In this document: positions 34,867 through 42,085 of the stretch, piece after piece
Layout: each line of letters begins with the position of its first letter
Position numbering within the stretch: the first letter of the stretch is position 1
The notes under the pieces: generated by a model
Seen by the model: only the letters and a program-made list of their open reading frames with translations
What the model was told of the DNA's origin: nothing
The model's database searches: none
Origin: a bacterium
Lineage (GTDB): Bacteria; Patescibacteriota; Minisyncoccia; Phycocordibacterales; CAIRYW01
Reading direction: 5' to 3'
NCBI GenBank assembly: GCA_031373235.1
Contig: JANMMK010000048.1
Span: forward strand, 1-44,942
DNA length: 44,942 nucleotides
Program-made: the position numbers and the translations under genes

Positions 34867-34986
34867 CTATGGTTTTGACGGGTGCTTTGCAGCCCAAATG
34901 ATCAGCCCGACTGCGATGATGTTAACTGCAAGAAGTGGCACTGCAATCCATAGTGGAAGGTACAGGTATGGTACGTGAATAGGCAT
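34867..34986 (-). CDS. 39-aa hydrophobic micro-protein (below the ORF-track cutoff)
   Basis: Manual translation gives MPIHVPYLYLPLWIAVPLLAVNIIAVGLIIWAAKHPSKP*. ATG start, one TM, GC-rich, with a dedicated terminator directly after the stop. Confidence 0.4.
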   Translation of the reverse strand: MPIHVPYLYLPLWIAVPLLAVNIIAVGLIIWAAKHPSKP

Positions 34987-35178
34987 ATATTACAGAATCT
35001 TTTTACCACAGAAATAGCAATTTACAAAGACCTCTACTTCATATATAGTGGATGTATTACTATGTTAATTTTATATTCGTTTCCGGCTGTCTATAGTAAA
35101 AATACCGCCCAATTACTTATGTTTTTATCCCTCGAACCACAAAAAACTAGAGCACTCTCGGAAGCGTATTAATCGCTT

Positions 35179-36708
35179 ATGTCAATAAAAATAATCATCC
35201 TGCTTCTCGGTGTAGCAACAGCGGTTGGTTTTGGCTTGGGTTACTTCATCAGAGTTCTACTCGCCCTAAGCAAAAAAGGATCAATCGAACACGACATCAA
35301 ACAGTTGATGCTCGACGCTAAAGAAGAAGCAAAAAAAATTACTTTGGGAGCCGAAGAGGAAGCGGCAAAAACTCTCAAAGAAGTGAGAGAAGAACTCAGA
35401 GAAAAAGAAGACAAGTTAAAAAAGACTGAAGACCGTTTGGTTGCTAAAGAAGGACTGCTTGATAGAAGACAGTCTGACATCGATAAAGAGGTTGATGCAA
35501 TAAAGCAAAAGATAAACGAACTTCGAGAAAAGAAAGACAAAATAGAAGCAATGGAAGCGGGTAAACAAAAAGAGCTCGAGTCTATTGCTCGGCTTTCGGA
35601 AGAAGAAGCAAAGAACCTTCTCGTCGGCCAAATGGAACAAAAGTATGAAGAAGATCTCGTGGTGAGACTTAGAAAACTAGAACAAGGAAATACTGACAAA
35701 CTTGATGCAAAAGCTAGAGAAATCATGACTTCTGCAGTCCAAAGATATGCAAACTCAGTAAGTCCTGATATTTTCACTACATTCGTCTCTATTCCAAACG
35801 ACGAACTAAAAGGGAAAATAATCGGTAAAGAAGGGAGAAATATTAAGGCATTTGAAAAAGAAACTGGTGTTGAAGTGATTGTGGATGACACACCAGGATC
35901 TATTACTATATCTTGTTTTGATCCAGTAAGGAGAGCAATTGGAAAATTAGCCCTTGAAAACTTAATGCTCGACGGCAGAATCCAGCCAGCAAAAATAGAA
36001 AAAGAAGTAGAAAAAGCAAAAGGCGAAGTGGCAAAGATAATAAAAGAAAAAGGAGAACAAGCGGCCTTTGAATGTGGAGTATTCAATCTTGATCCTCGAA
36101 TCATCTCAATTCTCGGAAGACTCTACTTTAGAACAAGTTATGGACAAAACGTCCTCCAGCACTCCGTTGAAATGGCCCACATCGCAGGAGTTATCGCAAC
36201 AGAACTCGGTGCAAATGTAGCAATCACAAAAGCCGGAGCACTCCTTCACGACATTGGAAAAGCTGTAGACCACGAAGTACAAGGTACCCATGTGGAAATC
36301 GGACGAAGAATCCTACAGAAATTTGGTGCTAGTACAGAAATAGTCAAAGCAATGGAAGCTCACCACGAAGAATACCCGTACGAAACACTTGAATCGAGAA
36401 TCGTACAAGCGGCTGATGCTATCTCAGGTGGCAGACCAGGAGCAAGACGAGATAATGTTGAAAATTACATAAAGAGACTTGAAGACCTCGAAGCGATCGC
36501 AAACAGTTTCAAAGGAATAGACAAAGCATACGCGCTTCAAGCAGGACGAGAAATAAGAGTATTTGTGAAATCAAGTGAAGTAACAGACTTGGAGGCTTCA
36601 CAGATTGCTCGCGACATCGCAGTAAAAATAGAAAATGAGCTTAAATACCCTGGTGAAATACGAGTAACTGTCATCAGAGAAAATAGAACAGTTGAATACG
36701 CACGGTAG
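35179..36708 (+). CDS. rny: ribonuclease Y
   Basis: 509 aa. N-terminal TM, coiled coil, KH (GKIIGKEGRNIK) and HD domain (LLHDIGKA). Confidence 0.93.
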   Translation: MSIKIIILLLGVATAVGFGLGYFIRVLLALSKKGSIEHDIKQLMLDAKEEAKKITLGAEEEAAKTLKEVREELREKEDKLKKTEDRLVAKEGLLDRRQSDIDKEVDAIKQKINELREKKDKIEAMEAGKQKELESIARLSEEEAKNLLVGQMEQKYEEDLVVRLRKLEQGNTDKLDAKAREIMTSAVQRYANSVSPDIFTTFVSIPNDELKGKIIGKEGRNIKAFEKETGVEVIVDDTPGSITISCFDPVRRAIGKLALENLMLDGRIQPAKIEKEVEKAKGEVAKIIKEKGEQAAFECGVFNLDPRIISILGRLYFRTSYGQNVLQHSVEMAHIAGVIATELGANVAITKAGALLHDIGKAVDHEVQGTHVEIGRRILQKFGASTEIVKAMEAHHEEYPYETLESRIVQAADAISGGRPGARRDNVENYIKRLEDLEAIANSFKGIDKAYALQAGREIRVFVKSSEVTDLEASQIARDIAVKIENELKYPGEIRVTVIRENRTVEYAR

Positions 36709-36728
36709 TAAATACAGATCAAATTCTC

Positions 36729-36757
36729 AAAAAACCCTTATAAAATAAGGGTTTTTT
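36729..36757 (+). terminator. intrinsic terminator after rny
   Basis: CCCTTAT-AAA-ATAAGGG followed by T6. Confidence 0.7.
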
Positions 36758-36944
36758 GTTTTTTATATAAAGAATTTTTGTATAGGAAAAACAAATATAG
36801 AATAATTTTTAAATATATGAAAAGAGGCCATTAGTTTTTTTATAAACAACCACCTCAAAATAGCATTTGCTTTAAAATACGGCTCTATATATAATTGAAT
36901 TAAAGAGATAGGTCGGATTATTTATTAGTCTTAAGAATTTTTTT

Positions 36945-37217
36945 ATGAACAAACAAGCAATCGCAGAAGCAGTACAAGTTGTACTCGGAGGAACAAAGGT
37001 TCAAGCAGAACAAGTAGTAGATAGTGTACTCGAAGCAATCATCGGGTCACTAAAGAAAGGAAACGAAGTTTCAATCGCGGGTCTTGGTATCTTCTCTGTA
37101 AAGACAAGAGCGGCAAGAACAGCAAGAAACCCACGAACAGGAGAACCTATCAAAGTAGCAGCAATGAAGGTTCCAAAGTTTCGAGCAGCAAAGGCTCTCA
37201 AAGACGCTGTAAAATAA
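36945..37217 (+). CDS. hup: HU family DNA-binding protein
   Basis: 90 aa. GLGIFSVKTRAARTARNPRTGEPI arm motif. Confidence 0.93.
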   Translation: MNKQAIAEAVQVVLGGTKVQAEQVVDSVLEAIIGSLKKGNEVSIAGLGIFSVKTRAARTARNPRTGEPIKVAAMKVPKFRAAKALKDAVK

Positions 37218-37243
37218 TATTTTACAAACTCTTGTTACTTATC

Positions 37244-37271
37244 AAAAACCTCCTTGTAAAAGGAGGTTTTT
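37244..37271 (+). terminator. intrinsic terminator after hup
   Basis: 12-bp stem AAAAACCTCCTT/AAGGAGGTTTTT with a GTAA loop. Confidence 0.8.
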
Positions 37272-37285
37272 GATTTATATAACTA

Positions 37286-37318
37286 CAAAAAACCTCGCAT
37301 TATGTGCGAGGTGTTTTT
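37286..37318. terminator. second, bidirectional hairpin terminator
   Basis: ACCTCGCA-TTATG-TGCGAGGT flanked by an A run and a T run. Confidence 0.6.
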
Positions 37319-37565
37319 AGGCTCTTTCTCTTACTTCCTTTAGGAGGTCTCTCAGCGCAGCACTTTGCTCTGGACTCAAATCACCCACTCCAAACAAAGC
37401 CTCCTCTGGTGGAACCTCTGGAATTTCTTCTGGTGTATTTTGTTGTGGTTCAGATTCGAAGTTCATAGTATCTAAAATTTAAGTGGATAAATATTCTAGC
37501 ATAAAGAAAGAAGGGAGTAAAAAGAAATTTTTATAATTTATGAAGTTTTTAATATTTTAAGAATG

Positions 37566-37693
37566 TGTGGGTAGAGAGAATCGGTCACAACTCTTTTGCT
37601 TTGCAAAAGGTCGCGACCCCGCCTCGCACCCGGCTAAGCGCCCGACTACGCTTCGCTCCGTGTGCTCCGGCTTTCGATTCTCTCTACCTCGCA
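37566..37693. repeat. structured element bounded by inverted copies of the tRNA-Gly(UCC) 3' end (possible ncRNA or miniature mobile element)
   Basis: Left arm TGTGGGTAGAGAGAATCG matches 37741-37758 at 17/18 positions. Right arm TTCGATTCTCTCTACC(T)CGCA is the reverse-complement copy. A 14-bp perfect closing stem is possible. The interior is GC-rich with the hairpin CTTTTGC-TTT-GCAAAAG. Confidence 0.6.
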
Positions 37694-37701
37694 TCGACAA
37701 T

Positions 37702-37733
37702 AAAAAAACACCACACTAAGTGTGGTGGTTTTT
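37702..37733. terminator. bidirectional terminator between the element and tRNA-Gly(UCC)
   Basis: A7, CACCACAC-TAA-GTGTGGTG, then G and T5. Confidence 0.75.
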
Positions 37734-37740
37734 AGTCGAG

Positions 37741-37811
37741 TGCGGGTAGAGAGAATCGAACTCTCGTCTTCACATTGGAAGTGTGACATTCTACCACTAA
37801 ACCATACCCGC
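37741..37811 (-). tRNA. tRNA-Gly (anticodon UCC)
   Basis: Manual fold of GCGGGTA-TG-GTTT-AGTGGTA-GAAT-G-TCACA-CTTCCAA-TGTGA-AGAC-GAGAG-TTCGATT-CTCTC-TACCCGC-A. 71 nt; CCA not encoded. Confidence 0.9.
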
Positions 37812-37870
37812 ATTCATTCGGAAGATACTATAGCAAAAAGTAACAAAACTAGCAAAAATAAAACCACTCA

Positions 37871-37900
37871 TTACTAACCCAAAAAGTCATCTGTTATAAT
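37871..37900 (+). promoter_or_regulatory. promoter with extended -10 (TGTTATAAT) placed for a leaderless mRNA of the S1 peptidase gene
   Basis: TTACTA-N18-TATAAT. The -10 ends 7 nt before the ATG at 37908. Confidence 0.45.
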
Positions 37901-37907
37901 ACACATC

Positions 37908-39011
37908 ATGCAAAGCGAAGTCGGCACACAACTCATCGGACTCTGGATCGGATTCATGTCGTTTCTTGGATGGACACCGGAATCCAATCCGATACTTTTT
38001 CCAAAAGATATTCCCGTAGAATTTATAGAAATTAAAAAAGAAGTAACTAAGGAAATAGAAGAAAAACAAAAAAAAGTTCCTGAAATTAAAACAACAAAAA
38101 GTAAATCTACCTCAGATGAAAAAACAGAAACTAAAAAAGTAACAGAGGAAGTAGTAAAAGAAAAAATACAAACACCTCATGTCCCAAGTATCGAAGATGT
38201 AGTGATAAATATTTACTGTACCTTCAGAAGAGGAAACAAAACACAAACCGTCTCAGGAAGTGCAGTTCGACTTCAGGAAGGAGTGTACCTCACCAACGCA
38301 CATGTTGCAGAATATATTATGCTTGAAAATTATTTTTTAAAAAAAGAATCCTCTAATACTCTCGTAGAGAAATCTTCCTGCACTCTTCGTGAACTCTCTC
38401 CTGCAGTTGGAAGTGCCTCCGCAGAAATTATTTTTCTCCCTACCTCATGGGTACGTCAAAACAAAACAAACCTAAAACAAGCAACTCCTGTTGGAACAGG
38501 AGAATACGATTATGCTCTAATCAGAGAAATAAAAAATAATAAAAACACACTACAAACAAAAGTATCGCTCCCACTGGCAAAAGATGATACAAAAAAAGAT
38601 CAAGAAGTTTTCTTGATTGGATATCCTATTTTTGATCAAGCGAGTATAAAAAATAATCTTCGAAAGGTCAGTGAAAAAGTGTCCATTGAAAAGTTGTTTA
38701 GTTTTGGAGGAAAAAAAGTAGATACATTTAATACAGACAAAACAACACTCGCACACATTGGAAGTTCAGGAGGTGCTGTCATCACTACCGAAGGAGAACT
38801 CCTTGGTATCATGGTAGCAACGATTTCAAATAGTAACTCTGGATCAAAAGCAATAAAAGCGATCAACCTTGATTATATAAAAAGAAATATTACGGAAGAG
38901 AGTGGAAAGGGTCTCGAAGTGTTTCTAAACGACACTGATAGAGAAGTTGTGTCCTTTAAAGAAAACTACCTCGAATCACTTTCAGAAACTCTCCTTGAAG
39001 GAGTGAAGTAA
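37908..39011 (+). CDS. membrane-anchored trypsin-like (S1) serine peptidase
   Basis: His context VYLTNAHVAEY, Asp context EYDYALIRE and Ser context HIGSSGGAVIT. N-terminal hydrophobic segment and a Lys-rich linker. Confidence 0.7.
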   Translation: MQSEVGTQLIGLWIGFMSFLGWTPESNPILFPKDIPVEFIEIKKEVTKEIEEKQKKVPEIKTTKSKSTSDEKTETKKVTEEVVKEKIQTPHVPSIEDVVINIYCTFRRGNKTQTVSGSAVRLQEGVYLTNAHVAEYIMLENYFLKKESSNTLVEKSSCTLRELSPAVGSASAEIIFLPTSWVRQNKTNLKQATPVGTGEYDYALIREIKNNKNTLQTKVSLPLAKDDTKKDQEVFLIGYPIFDQASIKNNLRKVSEKVSIEKLFSFGGKKVDTFNTDKTTLAHIGSSGGAVITTEGELLGIMVATISNSNSGSKAIKAINLDYIKRNITEESGKGLEVFLNDTDREVVSFKENYLESLSETLLEGVK

Positions 39012-39030
39012 AAACCTTTATATCTAAAGA

Positions 39031-39342
39031 CTATTTTTGGTCATTCAGATGTTTCACCAAAGCAAGTACTACTTCGAAGTCATCAGTTGGTGAAACCTTG
39101 TTTGGTTTTTCGTATCGACAAAGCACACAGCGGTGTAGCACTGTGTAACCTTTTTTAGTTTTTTCTATAGAGACTGGCTCCATCATGCCACCACAAACAC
39201 TCGCTCTGTCTCCCGGAAAGATATCAACATGTTTACTCCACAAACACTTCGGACAGTGGTTGGTAAAACCATCTCCAGAAACATGAAAACTGCATCGCTC
39301 ACAAATAAAATCTTCAACTGTTTTTTGAAATTGTTTGGACAT
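39031..39342 (-). CDS. RNHCP domain protein (zinc ribbon)
   Basis: FICERCSFHVSGDGFTNHCPKCLWSKHVDIFPGDRASVCGGMMEP matches the RNHCP signature. Confidence 0.8.
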   Translation of the reverse strand: MSKQFQKTVEDFICERCSFHVSGDGFTNHCPKCLWSKHVDIFPGDRASVCGGMMEPVSIEKTKKGYTVLHRCVLCRYEKPNKVSPTDDFEVVLALVKHLNDQK

Positions 39343-39408
39343 AATTTTATCTTAGCATAAAAAAATCTCGCCCTAGGTTTCCCCAAGGCGAGAGTGAAGA
39401 CAAGCAGT

Positions 39409-40782
39409 TTACTTTTTTTCGCGACGACGTTCAGCCTCTTCGGTCTGTCTCTGTGCTGGCAGACAACGCCCCAAGTGCCAATGGAACCATGGGCATTTCT
39501 CTCCCGAACACCAACCGGGTGTTCCTCCTTTTTTCCACCCACACTTTTCGTAAAACACGGGATGAAATTTACCGCCAAGAATTAACCTGACGATCTCAAC
39601 AATTACCTCAAGAGGAATCGCCGTCGGTGCAACACCTTCAGCAGACTCGCTCCCGTTGTAAAGCTGGTTCGCAGCATTACGAGAGACATTATGGAGGAAC
39701 CAGTAGGGACTGAGAAGTGGCCATCCTTCCACGTGACCACGAACAGAGAGTTCCTCCGGACTGAAGTTTTTTTCGTCCGTGAAGATTTCCCCTCGGTCCC
39801 ACATCAAGCGGAGCTCCTCGTCCCGAAGGGCGAGAATTACGGTGGTCAGATCGATTGACTTACGACGGTCCATGAAGATCACCACATTGCCATTCGAATC
39901 CATCTTTATGACAACAGCAGCGCCAAGGTCAATCGCAACTTTCACAGCTTCCACCGTATCAGTCTTGATAACGACCATATGAAGATGCTCCGTCTTTCCA
40001 GGACCGCGCGCAACCTCTATCGTGCTCCAGAACTTCGCCCTCGTGCCAAGCTGTCGATCAGCAGACAAAGTATCAAACATCCGCCGACTTCTTGCTCCAC
40101 GATTTTTCTCTGAGCGTAACGCGAGAGTTATCCAGTCTTTGGCCTTTAGCTCTCCGAAGACATTCTTGATCATGTGGTAAGCATTTTTGAGAGTCATGGG
40201 CGGATTCTTTTCAAGCAGACTTCCATCCGCTTTAAGTGACAAATACTGCGCCTCGTAAGCAACAGTAAGCCACTCAAGAATTTCAGTCTCCCTGGGCCGA
40301 GTGTCTTTCGACATCCGGTGAATACCCTTAAGCACCGCGTGGAGCGACTTCTTGTGATCGGCTCCGAGCCGATCTTCTCTGATCACCGTTCCGATCATTT
40401 TCCTGAGAACAGGATCTCCGCCGAGTCCAACAATCTGTGCAAACATTTCTGCCGCACAAGTCTTACGATACTCCTCGTCCGCCAGACCATGTTCATCAGC
40501 TCTTCCCGACCGACATCCAAACGAAAGCGCACTAGCCGTGTCACTTGCTGGAATCGACTGGCCAAGTGACCAGTAGATCACCTCCGCCTTGTCAATTCCA
40601 GGAAACACCTTCTGCACTGAATCCCGAAAGATTTGACTCCTCGAGATCCAGAAGCAGACTGCTTCGTCTGTGTGAAACTTCCTGTGAAGGAAGACTGTGC
40701 CGACCGGGAGCACAAAGCCCTGTTTTGTCATGAGGTCCCCGAGGTTTGTGGCTAAGGGAGTGATTTTGCGTGGTGTTTTCAT
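39409..40782 (-). CDS. GC-rich MYG1/UPF0160-like protein (divergent paralog of 41032-42078) with Cys/Trp/His-rich C-terminal tail
   Basis: Motifs HRKFHTDEAV, FGCRSGRADEH and SPYWFLHNVS...YNGS are collinear with the neighbouring paralog. The track start at 40899 is TTG in an AT-rich stretch; G+C rises near ATG 40780-40782, and another candidate ATG is at 40729-40731. The start is therefore uncertain. Confidence 0.62.
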   Translation of the reverse strand: MKTPRKITPLATNLGDLMTKQGFVLPVGTVFLHRKFHTDEAVCFWISRSQIFRDSVQKVFPGIDKAEVIYWSLGQSIPASDTASALSFGCRSGRADEHGLADEEYRKTCAAEMFAQIVGLGGDPVLRKMIGTVIREDRLGADHKKSLHAVLKGIHRMSKDTRPRETEILEWLTVAYEAQYLSLKADGSLLEKNPPMTLKNAYHMIKNVFGELKAKDWITLALRSEKNRGARSRRMFDTLSADRQLGTRAKFWSTIEVARGPGKTEHLHMVVIKTDTVEAVKVAIDLGAAVVIKMDSNGNVVIFMDRRKSIDLTTVILALRDEELRLMWDRGEIFTDEKNFSPEELSVRGHVEGWPLLSPYWFLHNVSRNAANQLYNGSESAEGVAPTAIPLEVIVEIVRLILGGKFHPVFYEKCGWKKGGTPGWCSGEKCPWFHWHLGRCLPAQRQTEEAERRREKK

Positions 40783-40875
40783 TTTCAGTAATGCTTCGTA
40801 AAATAGAAGCTCTTGGTTTTTCTGTATTTGTTTTTGTTGTACATTCCGTAAAATAGGAACGTCCACCGCTAGGTT

Positions 40876-40932
40876 TTGCCGGTAGATTTTTTTATTCAAT
40901 TTTTTAAATTAAACAGAAAAATCTACCGGCAA
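40876..40932 (-). promoter_or_regulatory. 16-bp perfect inverted repeat (25-nt loop) in the 5' region of the GC-rich paralog
   Basis: TTGCCGGTAGATTTTT (40876-40891) pairs with AAAAATCTACCGGCAA (40917-40932). It encloses the TTG at 40899. Confidence 0.55.
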
Positions 40933-40966
40933 TATTGCTTGTCTTTTCAAAGAACTTTGTACGCTA

Positions 40967-40995
40967 ATATTATCACAAATATTGACAAAAGTCAA
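40967..40995 (-). promoter_or_regulatory. sigma70-type promoter for the GC-rich paralog, with the -35 inside palindrome ATTGAC-AAAA-GTCAAT
   Basis: TTGACT-N17-TAATAT on the - strand. The palindrome is at 40981-40996. Confidence 0.55.
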
Positions 40996-41031
40996 TACAT
41001 CTACTTTGATTTTTAACCTTATTTTCTAAGC

Positions 41032-42078
41032 TTATTTCAAACTCTCCTTAATGAGTTCCACCACTTTGTCGTGAGGTATTTTTGTTGGCTCGATACCGAT
41101 AGTCGTCAGACTTCCGTTAAAGCCCATTGCTCTTGTATGAAAAAGATACCAATAAGGAATTCCTTCCGTAAATCCTTCTTTAGAAAGAAGTGCCTCGTCA
41201 GTTATTTTTACTCCTCCTCGATAATGTTGTTCTGCCATTCGAAGTAGCACAAATGCTTTCGTAAGATTGACTCCCCTTTTTGTATCCGTCATTAAAATTA
41301 CATTTCCTTTTTTTGAAAACTGCACCACCACGTGTGCACCAATAGACCTCACATACTTATTCATCTCCTCGTTGTCAGATTCGATCACTCCAAGAACTAA
41401 CTGCTTCGCGTCATGAGCAATAAATTTTTCAACCCTTCCCTTCTCCGCAAACTCTTGCTTCGCTCGGATGAATTCATCTTGTTTTCCTTGCAATGCTTTC
41501 TCGGCAAACTCTCTCCATCCTTCGGCATCTTTCCCTTGCTCTTTTAGTAACAAAAAAATATTTTCAAGAGTTGGTCTCGCCCAAAAGTTTTTGTCAGTTT
41601 GATGTTTCGTTTCTTTCTCAACTTCTGCCATATAAGAAGTCTCTGTAAAATTATAGATTCCTTCTACATCATCTTTGTAGTGTTGATGTAAGATTTTTAT
41701 AATCATTGGAATTTCATTTTTTACTTTTGAACCATGAAGGTCTTCCTCCTTAATGAAATGTAAAACTTTTTGCAGTCCTGGATTTTTTTCTAGGCCGAGT
41801 TTTTTGGCAACCAAAGTAACGCAGGTCTCCCCTTCTACTCGTTCTTTCTTGCTTGTGGCATGTTCATCAAACTCCCCTCCTCCACACCCAAGAAAAACAG
41901 TGTCCGGAAAATCTTTAGCTGTTTTTCCATCTGGTAATTCTCCCGTGGTCATAAAAGAAATACTAGCAGTCGAAACACCAGGAAAAACTTTTTCTCCTTC
42001 AGGAAATTTTTTAAGTAACATGATGGACACCAGCTCATCAGCATGTGGTCTAAAGTGTGTAATTATTTTTGTTATCAT
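41032..42078 (-). CDS. MYG1/UPF0160-like metal-dependent hydrolase (DHH-related)
   Basis: From memory of the family signature, THFRPHADELVSIMLL, LGCGGGEFDEH and GIPYWYLFHTRAMGFNGS resemble MYG1 motifs (FHxDE, GG.YD..H, GIPG..FVH..GFIGG). The track start at 42105 is TTG; ATG at 42076-42078 lies 7 nt after the MTase stop. Confidence 0.6.
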   Translation of the reverse strand: MITKIITHFRPHADELVSIMLLKKFPEGEKVFPGVSTASISFMTTGELPDGKTAKDFPDTVFLGCGGGEFDEHATSKKERVEGETCVTLVAKKLGLEKNPGLQKVLHFIKEEDLHGSKVKNEIPMIIKILHQHYKDDVEGIYNFTETSYMAEVEKETKHQTDKNFWARPTLENIFLLLKEQGKDAEGWREFAEKALQGKQDEFIRAKQEFAEKGRVEKFIAHDAKQLVLGVIESDNEEMNKYVRSIGAHVVVQFSKKGNVILMTDTKRGVNLTKAFVLLRMAEQHYRGGVKITDEALLSKEGFTEGIPYWYLFHTRAMGFNGSLTTIGIEPTKIPHDKVVELIKESLK

Positions 42079-42085
42079 AAAAATA

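Noticed and set aside
34975-35172. 65-aa + strand ORF upstream of rny
   Set aside because: It starts with GTG, lies in an AT-rich promoter-like spacer, overlaps the start of the better-supported 39-aa - strand micro-ORF, and has no recognisable features.
35241-36104. 287-aa - strand ORF, and similar long antisense ORFs (26252-26776, 25168-25488, 23062-23454, 10803-11258, 656-949)
   Set aside because: Each lies inside and antisense to a confidently identified gene (rny, tig, the coiled-coil protein, nusA, the pilus protein, SOD). Their Ser/Phe-rich low-complexity products are typical of the reverse frame of Lys/Glu-rich genes.
36735-36751. Recurring hairpin CCTTAT-TTT/AAA-ATAAGG (also at 43590-43604 and 44184-44198) as a dispersed repeat family
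   Set aside because: The motif is short, AT-rich and low in complexity. One copy is simply the rny terminator and another overlaps the NUDIX stop codon. Three hits in 45 kb are not convincing without genome-wide statistics.
37566-37693. The GC-rich structured element as SRP (4.5S) RNA, tmRNA, a Y RNA or an intron-containing tRNA
   Set aside because: It has no SRP domain IV motif (no GGAA tetraloop with AGCA context). It is far too short for tmRNA and has no tag ORF. No 5' T-stem strand or anticodon arm lies next to the T-loop-like sequence, so no cloverleaf can be drawn. A Y RNA cannot be fully excluded without a covariance-model search.
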